NCBI GenBank assembly: GCA_951406725.2
Contig: OX597835.1
Coordinates: 6,510,001-6,574,000 of the forward strand
Source: Octopus vulgaris
Lineage: Eukaryota
Direction: 5' to 3'
Length of the DNA stretch: 64,000 nucleotides
Of the stretch, positions 1 through 11,998 are shown piece by piece. Below the pieces are notes generated by a model. It made no database searches. It was given only the letters and a program-made list of their open reading frames with translations, and was not told where the DNA came from. The stretch's first letter is position 1. The number at the start of each line of letters is the position of its first letter. The position numbers and the translations under genes are program-made.

Positions 1-241
1 TGGGATAGAAACATGCAAATTCTGACGTCTCATCCCAACAACATCCTCTTTCCTTGCACGATTCCTCTGAGGCACCCGATTCTGGATGGCAGTCAAAACG
101 ATCGTTGGTAGCGATGCTGCAATACGAGTCTCGATGATCAGTTTGCTGGAAATAGCAGTCTGAGAGATACTGGAGCGGCAAATACATGAAGAATGTGGTG
201 ATTGAAAAGAAACATGTAATACAAGCGAAAGTCTGGAACAT
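1..241 (-). CDS. First coding exon (partial, runs off window start) of a secreted/lysosomal trefoil (P-type) domain protein, probably a GH31 alpha-glucosidase (GAA/MGAM/SI-like)
   Basis: Manual minus-strand translation from ATG at 241: MFQTFACITCFFSITTFFMYLPLQYLSDCYFQQTDHRDSYCSIATNDRFDCHPESGASEESCKERGCCWDETSEFACFYP. Hydrophobic N-terminus, then the 6-Cys trefoil pattern C..RFDC..C..RGCCW..CFYP. In-frame TAG upstream. A polypyrimidine tract and AG acceptor at 462-463 put the exon start at 461. The GH31 assignment is inferred from domain position only. Confidence 0.8.
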   Translation of the reverse strand, partial: MFQTFACITCFFSITTFFMYLPLQYLSDCYFQQTDHRDSYCSIATNDRFDCHPESGASEESCKERGCCWDETSEFACFYP

Positions 242-624
242 TTCTGTTGGTAGGGTGGTGATTCTGTTTGTTGTTTCTGTCGGTATTGTTGCTGCTGCTA
301 TGAACGTCGTAATTCTTGAGAACTTTTGTGCTTGCTAATTTCTCTTTGATTTTTGATGATTCTCTGGTTGCTATAGTTACAAATCTTTATTCTTGGTGTT
401 TTTGCTGTTATTACTATGATTGTTGACTTTGGAATACTCAGCAACTTTTTTTTCAGATATTCTAAGAAGCACAAAAAGATAGAAAATAAAATAAACAAAA
501 ACAAAAACATAAACAAGACATAACATATTGTCATCGTTATCATCGTCATCATCATCATCATCATCATTTAACGTCCTTTTCCATGCTGTGATGGACAGGC
601 TGATTTTAAAAAATCTAAATATCT

Positions 625-900
625 GCCGTTGCCAGCCTCGCCTGGCCTACGTGCTGGTGGTACGTAAAAAGCACCATCCGATTGTGGTCGTTTGCCAGCC
701 TCGTCTGGCACCTGTGCTGGTGGCACGTAAAAAGCACCCACTACACTCATGGAGTGGTTGGCGTTAGGAAGGGCATCCATCCGTAGAAACATTGCCAGAT
801 CAGACTAGGCCTGGTGCAGCCTTCTGGTTTCCCAGACCCCAGTTGCACCGTCCAACCCATGCTAGCATCGAAAGCGGACGCTAAACGATGATGATGATGA
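625..900 (+). mobile_element. SINE family C (ends ...GGACGTTAAACGATGATGATG)
   Basis: Same sequence recurs at 5467-5875(+), 18970-19290(-), 29560-29735(+), 43127-43385(+), 44368-44670(-), 48359-48505(+), 50181-50525(-), 52458-52805(-), 55950-56155(-), 58952-59313(-); (GAT)n tail. Confidence 0.8.
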
Positions 901-1485
901 TCTAGGTGTAATGAAAGAGGACCAGAGAAAAATGGCACACAATATGAAATTAACGAAACTCAGCTAAATGAAAAAAAAACTCAACATAAAATATTCTCTA
1001 TAGCTTCTTCACGATCTGTTGGAGTGTCTCTCTTAGTAATAAAGAGAAGAAATTATTGGAGTTAGACATTACTCATTTTACCCTATTTTAGACCTTTTCT
1101 TTTTTCTTTTTTAAGTTGAAAATTATCAAAAAATTGAACTTCGAATCGAACAGAGAAAAGAACATTGATTGTTAAAGAGCAAAAATTATCCAGGTATTTT
1201 ATTAGCAACCTCAATGACAATTGGGTCAAAGTTGAGGAAGAATTTCTTGCAAAAAAAGGACCTGCCACCTGACTATGTGTCGGACTCTCTCAACTTCAAC
1301 AACAACAACTATGCTGAACAATTTTTACTCTTACAGAAGATGCAACACTACAAAATGATGATGCAATACTTTCAACATAAAGATTTCAAATAAGCAGGGA
1401 GAAAATAACTAAAAATCAGAGGTTACTCATTTTACCCCGATTACTAATTTTGCCCCACCCCACCTATATATTTTCTTTTTTTTTT

Positions 1486-1686
1486 TCTTTTACTCGTTTC
1501 AGTCATTTGACTGCGGCCATGCTGGAGCACCGCCTTCAGTCGAGCAAATCGACCCCGGGACTTATTCTTTGTAAGCCCAGTACTTATTCTATCGGTCTCT
1601 CTTTGCCGAACCGCTAAGTTACGGGGACGTAAACACACCAGCATCGGTTGCCAAGCAATGCTAGGGGGACAAACACGGACACACAA

Positions 1687-1717
<31 letters not shown>

Positions 1718-1881
1718 CATATATACGACAGGCTTCTTTCAGTTTCCGTCTACCGAATCCACTCACAAGGCTTTGGTCGGCCCGGGGCTATAGTAGAAGA
1801 CACTTGCCCAAGATGCCACGCAGTGGGACTGAACCCGGAACCATGTGGTTGGTTAGCAAGCTACTTACCACACAGCCACTC
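1486..1881 (-). mobile_element. tRNA-derived SINE family A
   Basis: Head GGAGTGGCTGTGTGGTAAG...GGTTCAGTCCC (A/B-box-like), internal (TA)n/(TG)n, tail GACTGAAACRAGTAAAAGAG; many near-identical copies in the window. Confidence 0.85.
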
Positions 1882-3313
1882 ATTTTTTTTTTACTACTAT
1901 TGTATTGGGTACTTTATCTGTTATCGTTAAACACACACACACCCGTAAAGTTGATTAGATTCTCAATAAGAAAAAATATATATATCAGACCAACCAAAGC
2001 CTTGTCAGTGGATTTGGTAGACGGAAACTGAAAAGAAGCCCGTCGTATATATGTATATATATATATATACATATGCGTGTGTTTGAGTGTTTGTCCCCCT
2101 AGCATTGCCTGACAACCGATGCTGGTGTGTTTATGTCCCCGTTACTTAGCGGTTCGGCAAAAGAGACCGAAAGAATAAGTACTGGGCTTACAAAAGAATA
2201 AGTCCCGGGGATCGAGTTGCTCGATTAAAGGCGGTGCTCCAGCATGGCCGCAGTCAAATGACTGAAACAAGTAAAAGAGAGATATAAATCGAGTTAGGAA
2301 GAAATTGAAGGCAAGACCTCTCTTCTGGGCAAGTTAAAGTTGAACGATTTAGCGGAAATATATATATGAGGGGACTTTATTTTATCTATCACCGCCTGCT
2401 GTGTCTGTTCTCTATCAATATTGAAGAAAACACGGAAGGAAATCGCATCGATGTCTTCTTTGAGGATTCCAGTCGAATCGAGGATGTTTTACAGCAATTT
2501 AAAGGGGCCCAGTCCTTGATCGGTGCTTCGTCTGATCGGTTCCACGGACGGATGAAAGGTAGAAATCGTCGTTTGTGTCTAATGAAGCAGAAAGACGGGA
2601 CAGCCATGGATGGAATCTCAGTTAGAGAAACATCGAGCTAAGGCCTTTACCATAATAATAATAATAATAACGGCATAAATGCGTAAATAAACAAACGTAA
2701 CGTAAATGGTAACAGATTGTTTTATTAAAACATGTTTTTTGAGGGCAAAAAAATAAAGAAAAATACGAAACTAAATTGTGTTAACTCTGTAACAACCAAA
2801 GAAGAAATTTCACGACATCTGTTTCACAAAACAACAACAAAACAAGATTCTCCTTCGATTTCTTTAAACGAAAGCGAAACAACAAAAAACAAACACAAAC
2901 AAACAAATCCAAGCGCAACACGAGGAATTCTACACAACAACAACAACAACAACAACAAACCAGGAAACCACTATATGGACGTTCGTGTCGCTAGAAATAG
3001 CAGCCAAATCCTCATCGCCTTGATAAAAATAAAGTGAAGGACATATTGGATGGTCTAATCGTGGATCTACTAGTCGGTGATGGTCACGGCTTGAACGTCT
3101 TTGATCGCAGATAAGCTCTGTCGAAGCTTACTTGGGACTAACCAACAACAACAACAACAACCACGGCGGCGGCAACAGTCTATATTGGTATGTAAACTTC
3201 ACATCTATTGGATAACACCACTCCACAGTACACCACAAGCACTGCACTATTGCTGACACTCCAGCACCTCCGACACTCCGACAATACCACCACTAGGCCA
3301 TCACTTACACTAA

Positions 3314-3690
3314 TACCTATTTCTTTATTACCCACAAGGGGCTAAACACAGAGGGGGACAAACAAGGACAGACATAGGTATTAAGTCGATTACATCGATC
3401 CCCAGTGCGTAACTGGTACTTAATTTATCGACCCCGAAAGGATGAAAGGCAAAGTCGACCTCGGCGGAATTTGAACTCAGAACGTAAAGACAGACGAAAT
3501 ACCTATTTCTTTATTACCCACAAGGGGCTAAACACAGAGGGGGACAAACAAGGACAGACATAGGTATTAAGTCGATTACATCGACCCCCAGTGCGTAACT
3601 GGTACTTAATTTATCGACCCCGAAAGGATGAAAGGCAAAGTCGACCTCGGCGGAATTTGAACTCAGAACGTAGCGGTGGACGAAATACCA
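3314..3690 (-). mobile_element. SINE family B, tandem internal units
   Basis: Core GGTCGACTTTGCCTTTCATCCTTTCGGGGTCGATAAATTAAGTACCAG repeated at about 185-bp period. Confidence 0.8.
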
Positions 3691-3800
3691 CTACACTGTC
3701 ACTACAGACCACTATAAAACAACAGTAAAACATACTTCTACACTATACATTTCTACATACTACAATACACCACCATGCTATGACCCCAACTACATTCCTG

Positions 3801-3916
3801 GGCAGAGGTAAAGAATACGTACACCACCTGTTTTCAGCTTAACAAAAACCCTAACCTTAATCCTAACCCTAAACCCTAACCCTAACCACCGGGTGTACAT
3901 ATTCTTTACTTTCGCC
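3801..3916. mobile_element. Small TIR element (MITE) enclosing telomeric (CCCTAA)n
   Basis: 25-bp imperfect TIRs at 3801-3825 and 3892-3916; CCCTAA-like array 3847-3887; ACATTCC direct repeat at 3792-3798 and 3917-3923. Confidence 0.65.
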
Positions 3917-4087
3917 ACATTCCCGTACCTTACCTCTATATAATATACACCTCGCACCATTTATATTATAAAGTTGTACATCCCTCTACTGTATACCACA
4001 CTAAACTAGCTCATCTACAGTAGATATTAATTGCTGGTGGGGGGACACGGCATTTTGTTATGCAACCATAATATAACTATGATGTAT

Positions 4088-4855
4088 AAGGTGGCGGGCT
4101 GGCAGAAACGTTAGAACGTCGGGCGAAATGCTTAGCGGTATTTCGTCTGTCTTTATGTTCTGAGTTCAAATTCCGCCGAGGACGACTTTGCCTTTCATCC
4201 TTTCGGGATCGATAAATTAAGTACCAGTTACGCACTGGGGTCGATGTAATCGACTTAATACCTATGTCTGTCCTTGTTTGTCCCCTCTGTGTTTAGGTCC
4301 TGGTGGGTAGTAAAGAAATAGGTATTTCGTCTGCCATTACGTTCTGAGTTCAAATTCCACCGAGATCGACTTTGCCTTTCATCCTTTCGGGGTCGATAAA
4401 TTAAGTACCAGTTACGTACTGGGGTCGATATAATCGACTTAATCCGTTTGTCTGTCCTTGCTTGTCCCCTCTGTGTTTAGCCCCTCGTGGGTAGTAAAGA
4501 AATAGGTATTTCGTCTGTCTTTACGTTCTGAGTTCAAATTCCGCCGAGGTCGACTTTGCCTTTCATCCTTTCGGGATCGATAAATTAAGTACCAGTTACG
4601 CATTGGGTGTCGATATAATCGACTTAATCCCTTTGTCTGTCCTTGTTTGTCCCCTCTGTGTTTAGCCCCTTGTGGGTAGTAAAGAAATAGACATTTCGTC
4701 TGTCTTTACGTTCTGAGTTCAAATTCCGCCGAGATCGACTTTGCCTTTCATCCTTTCGGTATCGATAAATTAAGTACCAGTTGCGTTCTGGGGTCGATCT
4801 AATCAACTGGCTCCTTCCCCCAAAATTTCGGGCCTTGTACCTAGAGTAGTGAAGC
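4088..4855 (+). mobile_element. SINE family B, tetrameric copy
   Basis: Head AAGGTGGCGGGCTGGCAGAAACGTTAG, four ~184-bp units starting ATTTCGTCTG (~4139, 4323, 4507, 4692), one tail GGGCCTTGTACCTAGAGTAG; monomer at 16819-17040, other copies at 8550-8900(-), 20500-20890, 62668-63160. Confidence 0.85.
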
Positions 4856-4956
4856 ATATACTACGATGTATATTAAAGACTTATATATAGGTCAATATTT
4901 TCAGCGCTGGTTTTAAATTCTGTAGAAAACCTGTAGGTATAACTTTAAGAAACAGT

Positions 4957-5250
4957 CTATAGTAAACATCACTCTACATGACACCTCTATAGTAAATATA
5001 ATACTACCCCTCTATAATAGATATCACTCTACACCTTTATAGTAAACACATCTATAGAGATATCACACCACACCTCTAAAATAAATATCATACTGTTGTG
5101 TGATATTATTGTAGTAAATATTGCATTACATTTCTATTGTAAATATCACACAACAGTTCTGTAGTAAATATTAAACTATATCTCTATAGTGAATATTGCA
5201 CTACAGCTCTATAGTAAATCTCACATCCTACTATACTGTACTATAACCCC
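4957..5250. repeat. Degenerate ~25-bp minisatellite
   Basis: Recurrent CTATAGTAAATATCACACTACACCT-like unit. Confidence 0.6.
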
Positions 5251-5466
5251 TGTACTATATCCTATACGCATACTTTAACGATACACAATGCCAAGATCAA
5301 TCTGTCACGCTTGAATGCTTTATATGAGTTGATTACATGAAAGTGTCCAGTGCAACAACCGTAACATGAACATCAAGAGAATTCATACAGCAACAACAAC
5401 AACAGCCATAACAAGCACCACCAGCAACATCAATGGTCACCATCAACATTGGTATATGTGAATACC

Positions 5467-5875
5467 CTTGGCACTTGTACTGGTGGCACACGAAAAAACA
5501 TTCGAGCGAGGTCGTTGCCAGTGCCGCTGGACTGGCTCCTGTGCAGGTGGCACGTAAAAGACACCATCTGAGCGTGGCCGTTGCCAGTACTGCCTGACTG
5601 GCCCTCGTGCGGGTGGCACGTAAAAAGCACTATTTTGGCATGGCCATTGCCAGTACCACCAAACTGGCCCTCGTGCGGGTTGCACGTAAAAGCACCCACT
5701 ACACTCTCGGCCGGAGTGGTTGGCGTTAGGAAGGGCATCCAGCTATAGAAACTCTGCCAGATCAAGATTGGAGCCTGGTGCAGCCAGCAGGTTCGCCAGT
5801 CCTCAGTCAAATCGTCCAACCCATGCTAGCATGGAGAACGGACGTTAAACGATAATGATGATGATGATAATGATG
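5467..5875 (+). mobile_element. SINE family C
   Basis: Family C body with GGTGGCACGTAAAA subrepeats and a (GAT)n tail. Confidence 0.8.
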
Positions 5876-6492
5876 TTTACCAGATTGGATTAGGGTTATT
5901 TACAGTTTAGTCTCCACCCCCACATCATCACACCTTGGGGAAGTCTTTTCTACCATAGGCCTGGGCCAACCACAGCATTGGAGTAAACAGAAACTGAAAG
6001 AAACAAATAGTGTATGTGTGTGTGTGTGTGTTAATCTTCATCCCTACCGCATGACAGCCATTGTTGGTTTGGTTACATCCCTGTACAGTTTCAAAAACAG
6101 AGACTGATACACTAAATACCCAACCTAAAAAAAAGTTAATAAGTACTGAAGTGGATTTGTTTGACTAAACACAAAAACCCTTCAAAGGCATTGCTCCAGC
6201 ATGGCTGCAGTCGAGTCCAGTGATTAAGACAATTAAAAGACAGAAGGTAATATCTAAGTTTGTCCATTTATTGCCGAGAGTCACAAAGAGGAGGAGATAG
6301 AATCAGGCAACTCTAAAATGGATTTAAAGAATTACTGAAGCAAAATTCTAAGTTGTTGGAGCCTCAAGTGGTCACTGAATTTCTTTGAAATAAACTGCTA
6401 AATTGCCCTCAAATCACACGATGCACTGTGGTCAGCGTAATTGACTAGATACCTCCCACCAAACTTCAAACCTTGTGCCTTCTATAGAAAGG

Positions 6493-6605
<113 letters not shown>

Positions 6606-6921
6606 ATGTGTGTTTGCCAGATTGGATTAGTGTATGTATATATATATATAGGAGTGGCTGTGTGGTAAGTAGCTTGTTTACCAACCACACGGTTCCGGGT
6701 TCAATCCCACTGCGTGGCACCTTGGGCAAGTATCTTCTACTATAGCCTCGGGCCGACCAAAGCCTTGTGAGTGGATTTGGTAGACGGAAACTGAAAGAAG
6801 CCCGTCGTATATATGTATATATATATAATTTCAACAATTGAGGGTAAAATTAATTAATTATTAATCAATTTCACCAAGTGTTCAGTATGCAAAGGGACCA
6901 TTTAAGGCGAATTCAAATTAT

Positions 6922-7080
6922 TACATTATATAAAAGGGCTTAGTAAAATAAATTACTTTGCATATATGAGAGAGATTTTCTTTAAGTATTAGAAATAGCT
7001 TTAAAAAAGTTTTTTAGCTGCTATTTCTAATGAGTTCAGTATGCGGCAAAGTAATTTATTTTACTAAGCCCTTTTATATA

Positions 7081-7085
<5 letters not shown>
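6922..7085. repeat. Inverted repeat with 40-bp perfect arms
   Basis: 6922-6961 is the reverse complement of 7046-7085; inner TTAGAAATAGC/GCTATTTCTAA pair. Confidence 0.8.
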
Positions 7086-7120
<35 letters not shown>

Positions 7121-7464
7121 ATATATATATGTGTGTCTGTGTTTGTCCCCCTAGCATTGCTTGACAACCGATGCTGGTGTGTTTATGTCCCCGTTACTTA
7201 GCGGTTCGGCAAAAGAGACCGATAGAATAAGTACTGGGCTTACAAAAGACTAAGTCCCGGGGTCGAGTTGCTCGATTAAAGGCGGTGCTCCAGCATGGCC
7301 GCAGTCATATGACTGAAACAAGTAAAAGAGTATATATATATATATATATATAGATATATATATATATATATATACACACACACGACGGGCTTCTTTCAGT
7401 TTCCGTCTACCAAATCCACTCACATGACTTTGGTCGGCCTGAGGCTATAGCAGAAGACACTGAA

Positions 7465-7915
7465 GGCGATCTTTCGTCTCTGGTAGACCTTTCCGTCGAT
7501 TTCCGTAAAAAAAATTTTTTTTTTTTTACATATGGGCTTGCGGGAACTTTTGAAGTAATATACATACATATACACACACATACATACATATACACATACA
7601 CCGAGTAAAAAATTTCAGTTATCTCTCTCTTTCACACATTACTCTGTCTCTTCACACACACTAACAGAAGCACTTCACTTACACAACATACTGTCTGTCT
7701 CCCACACCCCATCAAACACACACACACACACACACATGTCCATCAATGCTTCCCATGCACGGTAACTTCAAAAGAACTTCCCTCGTCATACAATCGCTTT
7801 CTCTTAGTCTCTTTCGCTCTCATTACTTCAAAAGTTCCCGCAAGCCCATATGTAAAAAAAAAAAAATTTTTTTACGGAAATCGACGGAAAGGTCTACTAG
7901 AGACGAAAGATTGCC
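7465..7915. mobile_element. Mutator-like MITE nested in a SINE family A copy
   Basis: ~94-bp TIRs (GGCGATCTTTCGTCTCTGGTAGACC... / ...GGTCTACTAGAGACGAAAGATTGCC); 9-bp TSD GACACTGAA at 7456-7464 and 7916-7924. Confidence 0.85.
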
Positions 7916-8486
7916 GACACTGAACCCGGAACCATGTGGTTGGTAAGCAAGCTACTTACCACCCAGCCACTCCTGCACCTACATTCTTTTTTTTTTTTTG
8001 CTTAAATCCCCAACAGTGGACCGTCCTTGGGCTAAACAAAGCCCGCCCGTGTCTTACTTCTGTGTCATCATTTCATAAAATGTGTTTATGAGGAAAGAAA
8101 TATTAAAAAAAACAACAAAAAACTGTCAATACAGGCCAAAGGTAACAAAGAAACGAGGAAGATGGTCGTGACATGTGCTAGAAACAACAGCTGTCCGGAA
8201 GTGTGTGTGGGGTGGCGTGGGGTGTTAAAAAATCAATGGTAAATTTTTCAAAATTTCTTTTCATAAAAAGCTTCCCCCTCCACTTCTCACCCCATAATCC
8301 CCACGGGCGTGGTGAAAAAAAATTTAATTGAAAAATGCCGCGCACATCTGACCAGAATTGAATTTTTTGTTTAAATAAATACTACTCTTGTCTTTAATGG
8401 GCGTTTTTTTCTGATAATATGGTTTATTGACAATGCACACATACACACACACATATATATATATATGTATATATATATATAAATAC

Positions 8487-8535
<49 letters not shown>

Positions 8536-8912
8536 GATATGTATATATATATATTTCTTTATTACCCACAATGAGCTAAACATAGAGGGGGACAGGCAAA
8601 GGGATTAAGTCGATTACATCGACCCCAGTGGTTAATTGATAATTATTTAATCGACCCCGAAAGGATGAAAGGCAAAATCGACCTCGGCGGAATTTGAACT
8701 ACCTATTTCTTTATTACCCACAGGGGGCTAAACACAGAGAGGACAAACAAGGACAGACATAGGTATTAAGTCGATTACATCGACCCCAGTGCGTAACTGG
8801 TACTTAATTTATCGACCCCGGCGGAATTTGAACTCACAACGTAACGCAGACGAAATACCGCTCACGCCGGGTGCTAACGTTTCTACCAGCTCGCAGCTTT
8901 AATAAATAAATA

Positions 8913-9018
<106 letters not shown>

Positions 9019-9490
9019 ATACATCATACATGCACGGACGAGTGCGCACATACACAACTCTAGCGATCGGGGTTACCTTCATGCAGGTGTTGTGGGCCCA
9101 AGACGCTATGAGAATATTTCACCTAGGCGTTTCCCCTAGGTCTGGGTTCCATCTCCATCGTGAGGACGCGATATTTATTTGCAGTGCTCCAGCATGGCTA
9201 CACCTTTCGGGTGGAACAAGTAGAGATTATTTCGATGAGGGTTAGGGGTCTCTCCTCGCTGCCAACACCTGGGACCCCATTCACCCGCGTACAGCCTTGC
9301 TCCCGACTTCCGTGTTTACTATTAAAACTATGTCGTCTTGTCTGCCACTTAAAACAAATGACATTATTATGGAAGCTGACACATTAAATAGGCGCTCTAG
9401 TTGTCATGTAGAACAGACAGGCTTGGCTATTCAACCATTTGTTCTTTGTGTGTTTTTAAAGAAACGACAGAACTGGGCTAAAATACCTAC

Positions 9491-10281
9491 CTCGATGTTG
9501 ATGCAAGTGGAGGTCACATGGAGAATTTCGCGTTTTGCTCTGCAAATTCTATTCCTGTGAATGGGCATTAGGATCAAACACCGCTTCACGGTCCTAAATT
9601 CAAATTAGGGCCTTTTGACTGCTCTTACCAGTCTTAAATTATGGCTATCTTTCGATACATACCGTAAGATCGCCTTAATTATAATTTCTCGGCCCGAGTT
9701 CCAAATGAGTTCTTTACTGCGCTTTTCCCGGTCTTAAATTATAATTGGGTTTTTTTTTTGACTACGTTTTTGTGGTCTTTTGTTCCACGGCCGGTCGTCC
9801 TCGTGCGTAAATTTAATATTGTCGACCCCAAACTAGATTCTGGACATTCTTGCTATACACCGAAAAATCTGAGCAATTTCAAATTTAGTTGCTGTGGTTC
9901 TGTGTTGAAATGATGCGGAAATCGTCATTTAATTTCCCAAGTTGGTGCGTGGGAACGGTGTGATGGGTCAGCCTGCCCGACTGAATATCACATGAGGAAC
10001 ATTGCCAAGCTTACTTGATGAAAATGCTGCGATTGCATTATTATTATTATTATTACTATTATTTGTTCGCTTGTTTGTTAATATTCATTTGCTGTTGTCA
10101 TTAAGCCAAACTACTAAAAAGATCCATACATATATGTATTGAAGGTGCCGAGGGCTTCTTCAAAATATCTGGCGAATTAAAAATACATAACTATATTCTC
10201 ATCGATTGGCACAATTTCTTTGTTAATATATAAAGTTGGATGTTTTTATAAGACCGTAAAAGCAAGGGTATTCTATTTCTG
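9491..10281. promoter_or_regulatory. Candidate bidirectional promoter / first-exon region between the minus-strand trefoil gene and the plus-strand Ser/Lys-rich gene
   Basis: Repeat-free and locally CpG-containing. Minus-strand donor GAG|GTAGGT at 9491/9490 and plus-strand donor CTG|GTATGT at 10281/10282 face away from each other. Both genes have an acceptor upstream of their ATG. Confidence 0.4.
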
Positions 10282-10650
10282 GTATGTGCACGCTTTGATA
10301 TTCGATATTGCAATGAAAATGTTATGTATACGTTGACAAAAGCTCACTGGGCCTCGGAAACAAATATATTTCCTACTGTAACTAATAATAATAATAATAA
10401 TAATTAGACTGTCACCAGATGGAAATGAAATGACAGAAGAAACGAAGAAATGTTGGCCTTTGTGTCAAGGAATTCTTCTGCTTTGCCGTTTTTATAAACA
10501 AAAACAAAACGTCTTTCTTGGCGGGAATTATTGAAATATAGATTTCATAGGGGATACAACTTCTCTTCACACACACACATACACACATTCTTTTACTAAA
10601 TTCGGATCTTTCCCCTTTGAACGGCAGATCGAGTACGTGTATGTGTGTAC

Positions 10651-10699
<49 letters not shown>

Positions 10700-10965
10700 G
10701 AAATGAGGTACTCAGAAAATCGGATGGTTTATATTTACAGATATTTATTTGTATATTACATTTTTTATACATCATATAACTTAGATCATGTATTAGCGCT
10801 TTGTCCCATTCTAGTGGGGTTTTCAAATCAAACTAAGTTCCTGTGTGAGGAGTTTTGACCATTTTATAGTGGTATTGAGTTTGTGGTGGTGGGGAGGAAT
10901 ATAAGAGCACTGTACACAATGTTTATTATTATTATTATTATTATTATTTAAGACAGTACAAGAGG

Positions 10966-11012
<47 letters not shown>

Positions 11013-11505
11013 TACAATGGACTCCTTTCAGTTTCTGTCTACCAATTCCACCTACAAGGCTTTGGTTGGCTCAAGGCCATGGTAGAAGACACTTGCCAAA
11101 TGTGCTATGCAGTGGACTGAACCTGGAACCATTTGGTTAGGATGCAAACTTCTTATGACACAGCCACATCTATATTAAATACACAAATGCACACACACAC
11201 ACAGATAATACATGTATGTATGTATTTTACCATTATTGTTTTTTGTATTTTATATTCGTGTGGCATCGTCCGTTTTTCTGTCCCTTTTTCGATCCTTCTT
11301 CCAAGAAATCTAATTCTCGTAGCTTAGTTTTTCCTTGGGGCTGGCATGATCGGAGCGATCTCAAGATTAATCAGCAGAAATTGCTAGGATGATCTGGTTC
11401 TTGACTGAAGATTGAAGGCTTCGAATGTCCCGTCCGTGTTTTTTGTATCGTCTTCTAAATGTTTTATGTTCTTGTCCCAGTTTGTATTTTTCTACATATA
11501 ATATA

Positions 11506-11545
<40 letters not shown>

Positions 11546-11691
11546 AACACACACATATACATAAATGAAATCATTAAACTTAAGGAAAAATAATGGCAGA
11601 AATTTGAAGTTTGATTTTAATTAAAACAGCAGCTCCCACTGCAGAGTCAAATCTCACACTACAGCTCAGCTACATCTAGCATCTCCGACTA

Positions 11692-11998
11692 TTTGTTGTT
11701 TGTTCCTTCTCGAGCCACACCTGGCTCATAAGGGCCAGTGTTCCGGTTTCCTTAGTGTATTGGTTCCCCACCTGGACAGGACACCGGTCCGTCGCAGGTG
11801 AGCTACAAAATGCAGGAGGAAAGAGTGAGAGAAAGTTGTGGCCAAAGAGTCAGCAGAAGTTCACCGTTACCTTCTGTCGGAGCCGCGTGGAGCTCAGGTG
11901 TTTTGCTCATAAACACACACATCGCCCGGTCTGAGATTCGAACCCGTGACCCCTCGACCACGAGTCCGCTGCTCCGACCACTATACCATGTGCCTCCA
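11692..11998 (-). mobile_element. tRNA-derived SINE family D-related copy
   Basis: Minus-strand head GAGGCACATGGTATAGTGGT...GGTTCGAATCTC, AAAACACCTGAGCTCCACG core shared with the copy at 53983, (CAA)n tail. Confidence 0.7.

Noticed and set aside
1648-2031. Recurrent ORFs with [22 protein letters not shown] and [10 protein letters not shown] motifs
   Set aside because: Chance translations of SINE families A and C, not a protein family
2389-2641. 72-91 aa ORFs in a non-repetitive segment
   Set aside because: No recognisable motif and weak splice signals; at most a UTR exon of the trefoil gene
3847-3887. Telomerase RNA template or chromosome end
   Set aside because: Several degenerate repeats enclosed by TIRs; no pseudoknot or H/ACA context; interstitial position
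9065-9310. HDV-like ribozyme (TCTCCTCGC loop-like motif)
   Set aside because: Could not build the P1/P2/P3 nested pseudoknot by eye; more likely a retroelement fragment
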